Counted from the stretch's first letter, positions 26,859 to 39,522 are shown. The stretch: 64,000 nucleotides of DNA from Candidatus Lloydbacteria bacterium (GCA_016214545.1 JACROH010000001.1:32149-96148), one strand, 5' to 3'. Numbers and translations: made by a program. The notes: generated by a model not told the origin, from the letters alone.

Positions 26859-28064
26859 ATGCTGTTTCATTATACGGCTATCACCAAAGACGGCGAACCG
26901 CGAAAAGGCGCTATAGATGCGTTTAATCAGGATGCGGCTATTGCGGCGCTGCAGCGGATGGATTTGGTCATCACTTCGATTCTTGAGGAAAAAACCGGCC
27001 CTTGGTGGAAGTCGGCGCTCCCTTTTTTGGGGACCGTGTCTCAGAAAGATATTGTCATTTTGTCTCGCCAGGTAGCGACGCTGTTTGAAGCAAAAGTCCC
27101 CGCGCTTGAGATTTTTAAACTGCTTGCCGACGAATCGGACAACGAAACCTTGCGGACCACCCTTACGGAAATTACCGACGATGTTCAAAGCGGCATCACC
27201 ATTTCGCAGGCAATGGGGAAGCACCCAAAGGTATTTTCAAATTTTTATGTGAGCATGGTGCGCTCCGGCGAAGAGTCCGGGAAGCTGAATGAAACGTTTT
27301 TGTATTTGGCCGATCACCTTGACCGCAGTTATGCGCTTTCAAGCAAGGCAAAAAATGCGTTGATTTATCCGGCATTCGTAATCACAACATTTTTGGTTGT
27401 CATGATCGTGATGTTTGTTATGGTTATTCCGCGGTTGAGTTCGATTTTAACGGAAACCGGTCAAGAAATTCCGTTTTACACGAAAGTGGTTATCGCCATC
27501 AGTAGCTTTTTGGTGCAGTACGGACTCTTCTTCTTTCTGGTACTTGTGGTGGGGGGCGTATTTTTATGGCGTTTTTGGATCGGGCGCGGCGGGGAAGCGG
27601 CTATTTCCCGGCTACAAATTTCTTTGCCGTTTATAGGGCGGCTCTATCAAAAATTTTATTTGGCCCGCGTTACCACGAATCTTGACACCATGCTTACGAG
27701 CGGCATCCCAATCGTGCGCTCCATTGAGGTAACCGCTTCGGTTGTCGGCAATCAGGTGTATGAAGATATTTTGAAAAAAACGGCCACCGCCGTGCAGGCG
27801 GGCGATACTCTTTCACAGGCGCTTTCGGCCTACGGGGAAATGCCGAGTGTTTTGATTCAGATGGTGAAAGTTGGAGAGGAGACCGGCAAGCTCGGGTTTA
27901 TTTTAAAAACACTCTCAAAATTCTATGAGCGTGAAGTAAATAATGAAGTTGATACCATCGTATCGCTGATTGAGCCGATTCTCATTGTTATGCTCGGTGT
28001 CGGAGTCGGCCTCTTGCTCGCAGCCGTTTTGGTGCCCATTTACCAGACGACCTCGGGCCTATAA
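26859..28064 (+). CDS. pilC: type IV pilus platform protein PilC (GspF family)
   Basis: Two T2SSF repeats: GEESGKL...ALIYPA and VGEETGKL...LIEPILI. Confidence 0.93.
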   Translation: MLFHYTAITKDGEPRKGAIDAFNQDAAIAALQRMDLVITSILEEKTGPWWKSALPFLGTVSQKDIVILSRQVATLFEAKVPALEIFKLLADESDNETLRTTLTEITDDVQSGITISQAMGKHPKVFSNFYVSMVRSGEESGKLNETFLYLADHLDRSYALSSKAKNALIYPAFVITTFLVVMIVMFVMVIPRLSSILTETGQEIPFYTKVVIAISSFLVQYGLFFFLVLVVGGVFLWRFWIGRGGEAAISRLQISLPFIGRLYQKFYLARVTTNLDTMLTSGIPIVRSIEVTASVVGNQVYEDILKKTATAVQAGDTLSQALSAYGEMPSVLIQMVKVGEETGKLGFILKTLSKFYEREVNNEVDTIVSLIEPILIVMLGVGVGLLLAAVLVPIYQTTSGL

Positions 28065-28317
28065 AAGCAACAGAGCTTCTATTATCCACACGTCTTTTGC
28101 TTCGAAATACGTTTGAGAGTATACTTATATTGATATTAGGTTGATCATCGGGCTTTTGGGCGTGATGGTTGCTTAATGTTTGTACAAGTATTAAGTAATT
28201 GGTCGATAGAAATACGCGCAAGTGTGATTTTGCCCAAGCTTGCCCTTATTCGCATATTCGCAGGCAAAGACAAAACGAACTTGGCTAAGTTTATAAATTC
28301 TAGAACTACGTATCTTT

Positions 28318-28773
28318 ATGCAAAAGAAAAATAAAGGTTTCACATTGATTGAACTTTTGGTCGTGATTGCCATTATCGGTATTTTATCAAGCGTTGTATT
28401 GGCGTCGCTCAATACCGCTCGCCAGAAATCACGAGATGCAAAACGAGTTGCTGATATCAAGCAGCTGCAGCTTGCTCTCGAGCTTTACTTTGACGCCAAT
28501 AAGGCATATCCGAATGCAGCCTTGTCTGATCTCGCTCCGACATACATTCCGGCAGTTCCGGTAGACCCTCTTAACACCGGGTCGTATGTTTACAAATACA
28601 CCGGTATTTCTGTAAACAGCAGCTGCACCTCCTATCACTTGGGGACGCTGCTTGAAAATACCGGCCATACAGTGCTTTCTGCCAAATCGAACGCGGGCGT
28701 AAACACGAGCCTCTGCACAGGCGGAACGGATTTTGACGGGACCGTTAGCGGCATGTATGACGTAAAGCCGTAA
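28318..28773 (+). CDS. major type IV pilin
   Basis: G|FTLIELLVVIAIIGILSSVV prepilin motif and two Cys. Has its own promoter and a palindromic terminator. Confidence 0.92.
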   Translation: MQKKNKGFTLIELLVVIAIIGILSSVVLASLNTARQKSRDAKRVADIKQLQLALELYFDANKAYPNAALSDLAPTYIPAVPVDPLNTGSYVYKYTGISVNSSCTSYHLGTLLENTGHTVLSAKSNAGVNTSLCTGGTDFDGTVSGMYDVKP

Positions 28774-28800
28774 TCTCGCAATATTTATTGCACCAAACTA

Positions 28801-28834
28801 AAAGAAATGCCGCGGTACCGCGGCATTTCTTTTT
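28801..28834 (+). terminator. intrinsic terminator of pilin gene
   Basis: Palindrome AAAGAAATGCCGCGGTACCGCGGCATTTCTTT. Confidence 0.8.
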
Positions 28835-28861
28835 GCCTGGGCAACAAGGTATACTAAAGAG

Positions 28862-29692
28862 GTGGATACTGTTTTTATCTATTTTGCAGCGACAGCAATT
28901 TTTGTTTTTGGAACAATTATCGGAAGTTTTTTGAACGTGGTCGTGGCACGCTACCAAAGCGGCTTGACCATGGGCGGGCGGTCCAAGTGTTTTGTCTGCG
29001 GAAAAACGCTTGGATGGCGAGAACTTTTTCCCATAGTCAGTTTTCTCCTCCAAAAAGGGCGCTGCAAGACGTGCAAAAGCGCCATATCGTGGCAATACCC
29101 CGTGATAGAATTGTTAACAGGGCTTGTTTTTCTTGCGTTGTTTGCAAAATTTTTTTTCTATGGATCGAATGTTGGGCTATACGAAAACGTCGTGCTCCTC
29201 TTGTATACTCTTTTTATCGCGAGCCTGCTTATTGTCATTGCCGGATACGATTTCAAACACTCCGTTATTCCGGATGGCTTTGTATACGCATTTGATCTCG
29301 CTGCGTTTGGCAGCTTATTTGCCGGCGGTGTCTTTAATGCCCAGGCAGGTATTGCCGGCGGTGTCTTTTTTTTATTTTTTGGCGCGCTATGGCTTTTTTC
29401 AAGGGGCCGCGCTATGGGGTTTGGTGATGCAAAGCTCGCGCTTGGCTTGGGGTGGCTTCTTGGGTTCGCGCAGGGGATTGCGGCACTTCTCGTCGCTTTT
29501 TGGTCGGGAACCATTATCGGTCTGCTGCTTATCGGGATAAGCAAAATACGCACGTTGTCTTTGCCCGGAAAATATTTTACACTGAAGAGTGAGATTCCTT
29601 TCGGGCCGTTTCTTGTTTTTGGCGCCCTTATTTCTTTTTTGTTCCGTCTTGATGTCAGCATGCTCGTACCGCTCTTTTCTTTTTATGTTTAA
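28862..29692 (+). CDS. pilD: prepilin peptidase
   Basis: GSFLNVV, RS.C..C, GRC..C, MGFGDAKL and IPFGPFL motifs. Confidence 0.95.
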   Translation: MDTVFIYFAATAIFVFGTIIGSFLNVVVARYQSGLTMGGRSKCFVCGKTLGWRELFPIVSFLLQKGRCKTCKSAISWQYPVIELLTGLVFLALFAKFFFYGSNVGLYENVVLLLYTLFIASLLIVIAGYDFKHSVIPDGFVYAFDLAAFGSLFAGGVFNAQAGIAGGVFFLFFGALWLFSRGRAMGFGDAKLALGLGWLLGFAQGIAALLVAFWSGTIIGLLLIGISKIRTLSLPGKYFTLKSEIPFGPFLVFGALISFLFRLDVSMLVPLFSFYV

Positions 29693-30287
29693 AAAAAATA
29701 TCACGAATTTGATATCGGGGTTTACCATGATTGAAATGGTTGTTTCGGTCGGTATTTTTGTCGTAATAACGACACTTGTTTTGGCAAATTATCAGAAATT
29801 TTTGAATACGGTATCGCTTTCCGGACTGGCAAGCGAGATTGCCGTTTCCATACGGCAAGCCCAAGTCTATGGCCAAAACGTGCGTGAGTTTGCCGAATCA
29901 AACACTTTTCCGTCCTACGGCGCTTTTTTTGATGCAAATGTTACCGGCTCTTTTATTTTATTTGCAGATATTGTTGGCGCCAATAAAAGATACGATGGCA
30001 CGTCGCTCTGTGAGACATCCGATACCGAATGTCTCGAAAAATTCAGCATACAATCTCGAGCAAGCATTGTTCAGCTTTGCGGCAACATGAAAACAGGCGG
30101 CGGAACGTGCGGGCTCTCATCTTTGGATATTGCTTTTACACGGCCAAATCCGGATGCGTCTATTATCGGCGTCAATGGAGGGTTATCAACAGTATATTCT
30201 GATGCTGAAATTGTAATCGGTGCCGTCAACGAATCAGCGCAAAAAACGGTTGTCGTGTGGGCGAATGGCCAGATTTCGATTGAATAA
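29685..30287 (+). CDS. minor pilin (FimT/GspH-like)
   Basis: G|FTMIEMVVSVGIF prepilin motif. Confidence 0.85.
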   Translation: MFKKNITNLISGFTMIEMVVSVGIFVVITTLVLANYQKFLNTVSLSGLASEIAVSIRQAQVYGQNVREFAESNTFPSYGAFFDANVTGSFILFADIVGANKRYDGTSLCETSDTECLEKFSIQSRASIVQLCGNMKTGGGTCGLSSLDIAFTRPNPDASIIGVNGGLSTVYSDAEIVIGAVNESAQKTVVVWANGQISIE

Positions 30288-30306
30288 CACCCGAAGAAAT
30301 AGTCTT

Positions 30307-30894
30307 ATGATTTTTTCACTACGAAAAAAAAATAAACGAACTCAAGAGAGGGGGTTTACCCTTATTGAGATTATGGTTTCGGTATCCATTTTTGCGGTTG
30401 TTGTCATTATCGCGGTCGGGGCGCTGGTAAGTATCAATGATGCCAATCGAAAAGTGCAGTCAATGCGCGCACTTATGGATAATCTTAATTTTGCGCTGGA
30501 AAATATTTCACGCACTTTGCGTACCGGCAGCTCGTATCATTGCGGCGTAACCGGCACCATTACAACTCCACAAGATTGTCCGGTTACCGGTTCGGATTAC
30601 ATTGCTTTTGAAGGGGCCAACGGCTCGGAATTAAATACGCAAGATCAAATCGTGTTCCGTCTTTCAGGTGGTCAGATACAACGCTCGGTTGATTCGGGAG
30701 CCACTTTTTTGGGGATGACTTCCCCGGGGATTACCATTACCAGCTTGCAATTCTATGTGAGCGGAGCGGCTGCTCTGGACGCAAAACAGCCAAAAATCCT
30801 GCTCTTGGTAGGAGGCACGGCAGATGCGGGCAAAGGACTTGTCTCTGAATTTCATTTGCAGACGGTTGTTTCTGAGCGGTTGATTGATTCATAA
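30307..30894 (+). CDS. minor pilin (PilW/GspJ-like)
   Basis: G|FTLIEIMVSVSIF prepilin motif. Confidence 0.85.
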   Translation: MIFSLRKKNKRTQERGFTLIEIMVSVSIFAVVVIIAVGALVSINDANRKVQSMRALMDNLNFALENISRTLRTGSSYHCGVTGTITTPQDCPVTGSDYIAFEGANGSELNTQDQIVFRLSGGQIQRSVDSGATFLGMTSPGITITSLQFYVSGAAALDAKQPKILLLVGGTADAGKGLVSEFHLQTVVSERLIDS

Positions 30895-30911
30895 GACACA
30901 AAATAGAAAAC

Positions 30912-31430
30912 ATGAAACAAAAAATATTTGCATTTAACTTTGGGTTTACGCTTATCGAGTCATTGGTTGCTATGACGATTTTAATTACGGCCATCTTAGG
31001 GCCGATGTCTATCGCCGCAAACGGAATAGCCTCGGCTTCCTATGTGCGCGATCAAACAACGGCATTTTTTCTTGCACAAGAAGGATTGGAATATGTTCGC
31101 AACGTACGAGATTCAAACGCGCTTACTACGCCGCCTCTCGACTGGCTTACCGGACTTGAAGCGTGCGTTTCGAGTTCCTGCACCATTGATCCGTCGAATA
31201 ATGCCGTAACGGCTTGTTCCGGCGCCTGCCCCGCGGTTCGTTATGACAGCGCGACCAACCTATACGGATACGCTGCCGGGAGTGAAACAAATTTTGTAAG
31301 AACAATCCGTATTACCCCCACGGTGTCGGGCACAGAAGTGAATGTCTCGTCTATGGTGACGTGGAAACAAAAAGCGCTTGGAGAGCGGTCGACAACGGTT
31401 GAAGAGACGCTTTTTAACTGGCATAAATAG
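30912..31430 (+). CDS. minor pilin (PilV/GspI-like)
   Basis: G|FTLIESLVAM and A.FLAQEGLE.VR motifs. Confidence 0.85.
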   Translation: MKQKIFAFNFGFTLIESLVAMTILITAILGPMSIAANGIASASYVRDQTTAFFLAQEGLEYVRNVRDSNALTTPPLDWLTGLEACVSSSCTIDPSNNAVTACSGACPAVRYDSATNLYGYAAGSETNFVRTIRITPTVSGTEVNVSSMVTWKQKALGERSTTVEETLFNWHK

Positions 31431-31434
31431 CCGT

Positions 31435-31908
31435 ATGTATAATAGACAAAACAATACCAAATATATTTTTTCATCAGCAACACCGAAGAGGCGAGCCGGG
31501 TTTGTTTTGCTGTATGCCGTTCTTGTTGCAAGCATTGCCCTGTCGGTCGGACTCAGTATATACAGCATTGCGCTTAAGGAGCTGCGCATCTCTTCTTCAA
31601 GCCGAGATTCACAATTGGCTTTTTATGCCGCGGACGCAGGAACCGAATGCGCGCTCTATTGGGATGTGCAAGAAAGAGCCTTTTCCACAAGCACGCAAAA
31701 TGCTATTACCTGCGCGGGTTCCAGCATGACGGTCGGCGGCGGGGTAATCAGCGATTTCTCCTTGCCTGCGTTGCCAAACGGGGCGTGTGCTTCGGTGAAT
31801 GTGAATAAAAGCTCACCGGTACAGACGGTCGTCACTTCTCGCGGATATAACACCTGTAATCTGGGCGACCCGCGACGAGTGGAGCGCGCGCTGCGCGTAA
31901 CCTATTAA
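31435..31908 (+). CDS. PilX-like minor pilin
   Basis: G|FVLLYAV lacking Glu5, plus AFYAADAG.ECALY. Confidence 0.82.
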   Translation: MYNRQNNTKYIFSSATPKRRAGFVLLYAVLVASIALSVGLSIYSIALKELRISSSSRDSQLAFYAADAGTECALYWDVQERAFSTSTQNAITCAGSSMTVGGGVISDFSLPALPNGACASVNVNKSSPVQTVVTSRGYNTCNLGDPRRVERALRVTY

Positions 31909-33924
<2,016 letters not shown>

Positions 33925-33994
33925 AAAATTGGGTTACAAAATAGCCCAGAGAAGAAAAGGCATAAAAACCTTTTTTTATTATGTTATGTATCGC

Positions 33995-35005
33995 TTATTG
34001 CTCCATCAATTTCGCGCGAACCTGCTTCTCAAGCTCGTTTGAAACTTTTGCGTTTTCTTTTAGGAATTGGCGCGAGGCGTCGTAACCGCGGCCCAATTTT
34101 TCGTCACCGTAGGCGTATGATGAGCCGGATTTGCTCACGAGTCCATATTTTTCTCCGAGTGCTAACAATTCGCCTTCGCGCGAGATGCCTTCGCCGTACA
34201 TGATGTCAAATTCTCCCGATTTGAAGGGCGCCGCAACTTTGTTTTTGACCACTTTTGCCCGCGCGCGGTTGCCCACGACCTCGTCTCCTTTTTTAATCTG
34301 AGCCGTACGTCTTATATCAATACGTACCGAGGTATAGAATTTGAGCGCTTTGCCGCCCGGGGTCGTTTCCGGATTGCCAAACATGACGCCAATTTGCATG
34401 CGTATTTGATTTATGAAAATAACGATGGTCTTGCTTCGGTCGACAATGGCAGTGAGCTTGCGGAGCGCTTGTGACATAAGCCGCGCTTGTTTGCCCACAT
34501 GGTGCGCTCCCATTTCGCCTTCAATTTCATCTTTCGGTGTGAGTGCGGCGACGGAGTCTATGACCACGACGTCGATTTTGCCTGAGCGCACGAGCGATTC
34601 GGTGATTTCAAGCGCCTGTTCGCCGGTATCCGGCTGCGAAATGAGAAGCTCGCTTGTGTTCACGCCCAATTTTTTCGCGTACTCCGGATCCATGGCATGC
34701 TCCGCGTCTATAAATGCGCAGACTCCGCCTCTTTTTTGCGCTTCGGCGATGACATGCAAGGTGAGCGTGGTTTTGCCCGATGATTCCGGGCCAAAAATTT
34801 CTATGATGCGTCCGCGCGGAAGACCGCCGACTCCTAATGCATAATCAAGAGAAATGGAGCCAGTCGGAATTGCCCCGATGTTCACTTTTGGTTTGTCGCC
34901 CAATTTCATGATGGCATCCTCGCCGAATTTTGTGCGGATAGCACGCAGTGTTTCGTCGACGCTTGTTGCGCGGGTTTCTTTTGTTGATATTGGTTTGGGT
35001 TTCAT
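33995..35005 (-). CDS. recA: recombinase RecA
   Basis: [26 protein letters not shown] and ALKFY motifs. Confidence 0.98.
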   Translation of the reverse strand: MKPKPISTKETRATSVDETLRAIRTKFGEDAIMKLGDKPKVNIGAIPTGSISLDYALGVGGLPRGRIIEIFGPESSGKTTLTLHVIAEAQKRGGVCAFIDAEHAMDPEYAKKLGVNTSELLISQPDTGEQALEITESLVRSGKIDVVVIDSVAALTPKDEIEGEMGAHHVGKQARLMSQALRKLTAIVDRSKTIVIFINQIRMQIGVMFGNPETTPGGKALKFYTSVRIDIRRTAQIKKGDEVVGNRARAKVVKNKVAAPFKSGEFDIMYGEGISREGELLALGEKYGLVSKSGSSYAYGDEKLGRGYDASRQFLKENAKVSNELEKQVRAKLMEQ

Positions 35006-35061
35006 ACGTTAGCTTGTTATCTTTTTAACTTGTTAGCTTATTAGGAGAATTCCTAATAAGT

Positions 35062-35412
35062 TTAACGGTACACGACTTGTAATAATTTTGTCCTCTCTCG
35101 GTTAAATCGGTCCTGAACGGACACCTCAATCTCGTTGTATCCGGGGAATAAAGCGATTTTTTCCGTAAAAATACCATTTTCATCGGTAAAAATTTTTCGG
35201 TCATTGAGCGTTATGCCGGAAATGCGTTTGGCGGTGCCTGATATGGCGATGGTGTCTTCGTGTGTTGTCTGGCCGTTTAGAGGTTGGGCAATGACGATTG
35301 ATGGGCCGTTTAAAAAATCACGCATCTGATAGTAAGCATATATGACTATCGCTCCCGCGCAAAGGATTATAATCGCGATTTTTACAAGAGTTCTGGTTTG
35401 TGCGTACTGCAT
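35062..35412 (-). CDS. membrane-anchored Ig-like small protein
   Basis: N-terminal TM followed by GP.I...I.G......L..G.N.I.V...DR, a beta-sandwich pattern. Confidence 0.75.
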   Translation of the reverse strand: MQYAQTRTLVKIAIIILCAGAIVIYAYYQMRDFLNGPSIVIAQPLNGQTTHEDTIAISGTAKRISGITLNDRKIFTDENGIFTEKIALFPGYNEIEVSVQDRFNRERTKLLQVVYR

Positions 35413-35424
35413 GGCGGTATATTT

Positions 35425-37665
35425 TTAAGAAGAAATATCGCCGGCTTCGGTGGTGCCAAACCCATCGTTTGAGCGGGAAACGAGTACCTCGCGCGCTTTT
35501 GCTCCGTCGGCTGGCCCGACCACCCCATGCTCCTCAAGCATATCCATGAGGCGCGCGGCGCGGGCGTAACCCACTTTCAGTTTTCTTTGCAGGTATGATG
35601 TGGATGCTTTGCCGGCGTGAACGACTATTTCTCGGGCCTCTTCGTATAGGTCGTCATCGTCTCCATCGGCCCCGTCTTCAAGCGCATCAAAAATGGAAGC
35701 CGGCGGCTGCTCGGTCGTGGTGAGGTTAATACCGTCAGCGGCTTCTCCGTGTGCGTGCTGCTTAACATACTGCGCCACTTTCTTTACCTCCTGTTCCGAA
35801 ATAAATGCCGATTGAAGCCGCCGCGGTTTTGACATTTCTCCGGAAAGGAAGAGCATGTCGCCCGAGCCCAACAATTTTTCTGCGCCGCTTGTATCGAGAA
35901 TTGTGCGCGAATCTATCTGTGACGATACCTGAAGCGCGATTCGCGCCGGTATGTTTGCCTTAATCAGGCCGGTAATGACATCAACCGACGGACGCTGTGT
36001 TGAAAGCACGAGATGAATGCCTACCGCACGGCTCATTTGGGCGAGGCGTACGATTGACGATTCAAGCTCTCTTGGGTATGAGGTCATGATATCGGCAAGC
36101 TCGTCTATAATAATGACAATATACGGCATGGTTTCCGGGAGCTCTACTTCGTCAACGGCCTCCGGATTTTGATTTTTCAATTTTTCAAGCGCCGGTTTCA
36201 AGACGGTGTTGTGATACGAATCGATATCGCGCACAGCTTCCGTTTCCAAGATATCGTATCGGCGCTCCATTTCTTTGGTCGCCCATTTGAGAGCGAGAAT
36301 TGCTTTTTTGGGGTCGGTCACGACGGGAGTCAGAAGGTGCGGAATGGAATTATATAGAGTCAGCTCCACTCGTTTTGGGTCGATCATGATGAATTTCAAA
36401 ATTTCCGGGGAGTTTCGGTAGAGGAGCGAGGTAATGAGTGTGTGAATCATGACCGATTTTCCGGAGCCGGTGGTGCCAGCCACGAGCAGGTGCGGCATTT
36501 TACCCAAATCGGCGAAGTGCGCTTTTCCGGAAATATCTTTCCCGAGAGAAAACAAGAGAGGGTTGGGCTTCTCGGTAAATTCTTTGGCGGAGAGAAGTGT
36601 GGCAAGACCGACGGTTGTCTTGATGCTGTTTGGAATTTCGATGCCGACGAGCGATTTTCCGGGGATCGGAGCTTCAATGCGAAGCGGATGCGCGGCAAGC
36701 GCCAGAGCAATGTCGTTTTGCAGACCGACGATTCTTGAAAGCTTTACTCCTTCGGCGGGCTTAAACGCATAGCGGGTAACCGATGGCCCGATAGAGATTT
36801 CATCCATTTCTATCGTGATGCCAAAATTTTGAAGCGAGCGTTTTATGATGTTCGCATTTGCTTTGATATCACCGACGCCCGGTTTGCCGCGGTCGTATTC
36901 AAGGATTGAGAGCGGGGGCGGGGAGTATGATGAGGCGTTTCTGGCAACATACTCGGCGAAAGAAAGCTTGCCGCCCTTTTTTAGAGATTGTTTTTGGATC
37001 GGAAGAATAATCGGCACTTCGGTATCAGCTTTCTCATCGTCGGTGTCGCCGTCCTGCGTGTCGTTTGTGTCGTCCTCGGTCTCGACAGTCTCTCGGGTCT
37101 CGTCAGTCGGTTCAACGATGTCTCCTGCGCCGTCGGTTATGGTAATGTTTTCATTTTCCATATCGCTACCATCTCGTTTCCAAAACATAAAGAGCGACAG
37201 CGGGGGGATTGTGTCGAAGATTAATAAAATAGAAATAATAGCGACGGCTCCTAAGATAATGGCTGCAGCGTAGACATCAAAAAAGGAAATAAGCAGATTT
37301 CCAATAATGCCGCCGACACTTCCGCCGGCTTGTTTTGATATCATCCCCGCAAGACCAAGCCCCGACGCAATAAACAAAAGCGAACCGACGATTGCCGGTT
37401 TTCCGAGGTCTGATTTTTTTGACGTGAGAAGAGAAACTCCAAGCAGAAAAAATAAAATCGGCAAAAGAAAATATCCGATACCGATAAAATCATTCAGGGT
37501 TGTGGAAATAAAATATCCGACAGGCCCCGCACTGCCAAAATAGGCAAGCATGAACAAAAGCCCCAGGGCAAAAAATAAAATAGCAAACATCACGCGCTTT
37601 GTTTCGTCTTTTAGGTGATCAAGAAAAGTTATTTTCGGTTCGTTCTCAAGTTTTTTCTTTGCCAT
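35425..37665 (-). CDS. ftsK: DNA translocase FtsK
   Basis: Multi-TM N-terminus, acidic linker, PHLLVAGTTGSGKS, IIIDELAD and gamma domain LQRKLKVGYARAARLMD. Confidence 0.97.
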   Translation of the reverse strand: MAKKKLENEPKITFLDHLKDETKRVMFAILFFALGLLFMLAYFGSAGPVGYFISTTLNDFIGIGYFLLPILFFLLGVSLLTSKKSDLGKPAIVGSLLFIASGLGLAGMISKQAGGSVGGIIGNLLISFFDVYAAAIILGAVAIISILLIFDTIPPLSLFMFWKRDGSDMENENITITDGAGDIVEPTDETRETVETEDDTNDTQDGDTDDEKADTEVPIILPIQKQSLKKGGKLSFAEYVARNASSYSPPPLSILEYDRGKPGVGDIKANANIIKRSLQNFGITIEMDEISIGPSVTRYAFKPAEGVKLSRIVGLQNDIALALAAHPLRIEAPIPGKSLVGIEIPNSIKTTVGLATLLSAKEFTEKPNPLLFSLGKDISGKAHFADLGKMPHLLVAGTTGSGKSVMIHTLITSLLYRNSPEILKFIMIDPKRVELTLYNSIPHLLTPVVTDPKKAILALKWATKEMERRYDILETEAVRDIDSYHNTVLKPALEKLKNQNPEAVDEVELPETMPYIVIIIDELADIMTSYPRELESSIVRLAQMSRAVGIHLVLSTQRPSVDVITGLIKANIPARIALQVSSQIDSRTILDTSGAEKLLGSGDMLFLSGEMSKPRRLQSAFISEQEVKKVAQYVKQHAHGEAADGINLTTTEQPPASIFDALEDGADGDDDDLYEEAREIVVHAGKASTSYLQRKLKVGYARAARLMDMLEEHGVVGPADGAKAREVLVSRSNDGFGTTEAGDISS

Positions 37666-37810
37666 AAATACATCAAAATATACCCTATCATAACACAAAG
37701 AAACCGATGTTTCTTGTGGAAACGCGGCGGCGTAGCCTCGGAAGTCTTTACACCGATGTTTTAGTATTTCGTGTTGCTTAAAGAGACTTTTATTTTAAGA
37801 AGTCTTATAT

Positions 37811-38603
37811 ATAATGGACATACGTACGCAGACGCTCCTAACATACGACAGCGACAAAAATAATTTCTGTAAAAGTCAAAGTATAAAAGACATATTAAGT
37901 ATGGCATCAGACATCATAAAAGACAGCGCAACCTACCGTAATTTTTACGCTAAATATATGGACTTTGCGGCAAAGAAGACAGAACGGTTGACATCAGCCC
38001 TCTATCTTGTCTCGGAGCTGGTGCCGGAAAAAGAACCGTTAAAGACACTGTTGCGTGAAAAAGGACTCACGACTATGTCTGATGTCTTTTCTATTGTAGT
38101 TTTTGCAAAAGAAAACAAAGAGGACGACTTTTTAAAAATCATGACAGAGATATCGGAGCTCGCGGCTCTCTTGAGGATTGCGGCAACATCCGGTTTTATT
38201 TCTGAAATGAACGCGGGTATCCTTCAAAAAGAGTATGCCAGCTTGCATGGTTTTTTTGAATCCCAGTGTCGTGATTTGGAGTGGCAAAAATTTGGGAAAG
38301 AAGTCGTTTTAAATGAGAATTTTTTTGAAAAAAAAGAATGGGCGCATTTAGACGGCGCGTCGGGGCGGTACGATAAAGGACAAGATAAAAGACATCAAAT
38401 AGATAAAGGACATAACGATGTCGTTTATCCTGTGGCCAGCGAACAGTGGGCTACCAGTTCAGCAAAAAACAGAATACAAATTTCAGGAAAAACAACGGAA
38501 ACGACGAAAGATATTCATAACGAAAACTTTGTCCAGGAGGAGCGGAAAAAAACAATCGTCGAGCTCATTAAAAACTCAAATGGAAACGCAAGTATAAAAG
38601 ACA
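37811..38603 (+). repeat. ATAAA(A/G)GACA repeat array
   Basis: Copies at 37883, 37916, 38373, 38385, 38403 and 38594. Near-copy at 37811. Inverted near-copy at 38419-38428. Confidence 0.75.
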
Positions 38604-38725
38604 TATCGTCTCATGTGAAAGGATGCAGCGAAAAAACGCTGCAAAGGGATATCATTGCTCTAATGCAAAAAGGGATTCTAAAAAAGACCGGGGAACGGCG
38701 CTGGAGCAGGTATTCTTTGGTTTAA
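37814..38725 (+). CDS. hypothetical protein: four-helix-bundle-like N-domain plus C-terminal winged HTH (start may be 37901 or 37958)
   Basis: K.ERL..ALY.VS...P..EPL...LR...E....L.IA...G.I resembles the 23S-IVS four-helix-bundle family. C-terminal R...I...IK....SIKDI....SEKTLQRDI..L...G.L...G..RW..Y is a wHTH. Confidence 0.8.
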   Translation: MDIRTQTLLTYDSDKNNFCKSQSIKDILSMASDIIKDSATYRNFYAKYMDFAAKKTERLTSALYLVSELVPEKEPLKTLLREKGLTTMSDVFSIVVFAKENKEDDFLKIMTEISELAALLRIAATSGFISEMNAGILQKEYASLHGFFESQCRDLEWQKFGKEVVLNENFFEKKEWAHLDGASGRYDKGQDKRHQIDKGHNDVVYPVASEQWATSSAKNRIQISGKTTETTKDIHNENFVQEERKKTIVELIKNSNGNASIKDISSHVKGCSEKTLQRDIIALMQKGILKKTGERRWSRYSLV

Positions 38726-39029
38726 CGTTTTGTGCGTATCGTTTTTGTCTGCCTAATCCTCGATGTTTAAGATTTTGCGCTCAAAATCTATAAAAAACCC
38801 TTATTTTACATCTATTTGGAGCTTTTTTGGTTGACCTTTTGAATACAATAGTATAGATTTGTATAACCTTCGAAGCATATAAAAAGATGCAATAATTATG
38901 TTTTTATTGCGTTTCTTGAAAGCAAATGTGGCTTGCTGCGGTGGCTTGTCGGGTCTTGCGTTGGCTTACCCGATGTTTGTTAAAGCGGGGATATCAATGA
39001 TTTTGTCCGCATAGGCTTGCTTTAGAAAG

Positions 39030-39522
39030 TTATCCACATTAATGTTTTGCAGGTTCCCGTATTCGGTTTATAATTGTAGGTGATGGCAAAAAGTTTTTTG
39101 CGGATTTTTCAAGTTATTGGATTTGTTGGAGAAAAAGTCGCTGAAAAATTTTGAGAATTAACGGGTGGTAGGAACTTTGAAAACAGAATAATCATAAGAT
39201 TAGAGTATAAGAATTATTAGCAAATTAGTATTTGTTCAGTTGTTTCGTTTGTCCGCTTTGCTTCGTCTGATTTTTTTAGAAAAAAGTTTTGGTGGGTCAA
39301 GGCGGGGAAACGAACGGCTGAATCATTTTTAATAAGCACATGGTCGTAAGCGTTTCGTATCAGGGTGGTACGGAATGAAACAATATAAACAGGCCGTGCG
39401 CGTTTGCGTATTTAATTTAATTAAAACTAAATACACAAACGAGACACGCCAAACTATAATTTTTTGGATGTTCAGAAATGGACATTTTAAAAATTATAGA
39501 TTCATTAGTAATTAAATAAATT
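39030..39522 (+). promoter_or_regulatory. DnaA box, promoter and long structured leader of the surface-protein gene
   Basis: TTATCCACA at 39030-39038, TATAAT at 39069-39074, boxA-like motif at 39174-39183, and hairpins including 39235-39322 and 39454-39499. Confidence 0.65.

Noticed and set aside
33955..33990. dif-like site (GCATAA ... TTATGTTA) between ligA and recA
   Set aside because: The spacer between the arms is about 13 bp instead of 6, and the flanks do not match XerC/D arms.
37811..38603. CRISPR array
   Set aside because: The repeats are 10 bp, irregularly spaced and inside an ORF. No cas genes are present.
38726..39522. Replication origin in the long intergenic region
   Set aside because: Only one perfect DnaA box is present and no dnaA/dnaN is nearby. 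It is better explained as a promoter plus leader, though not fully excluded.
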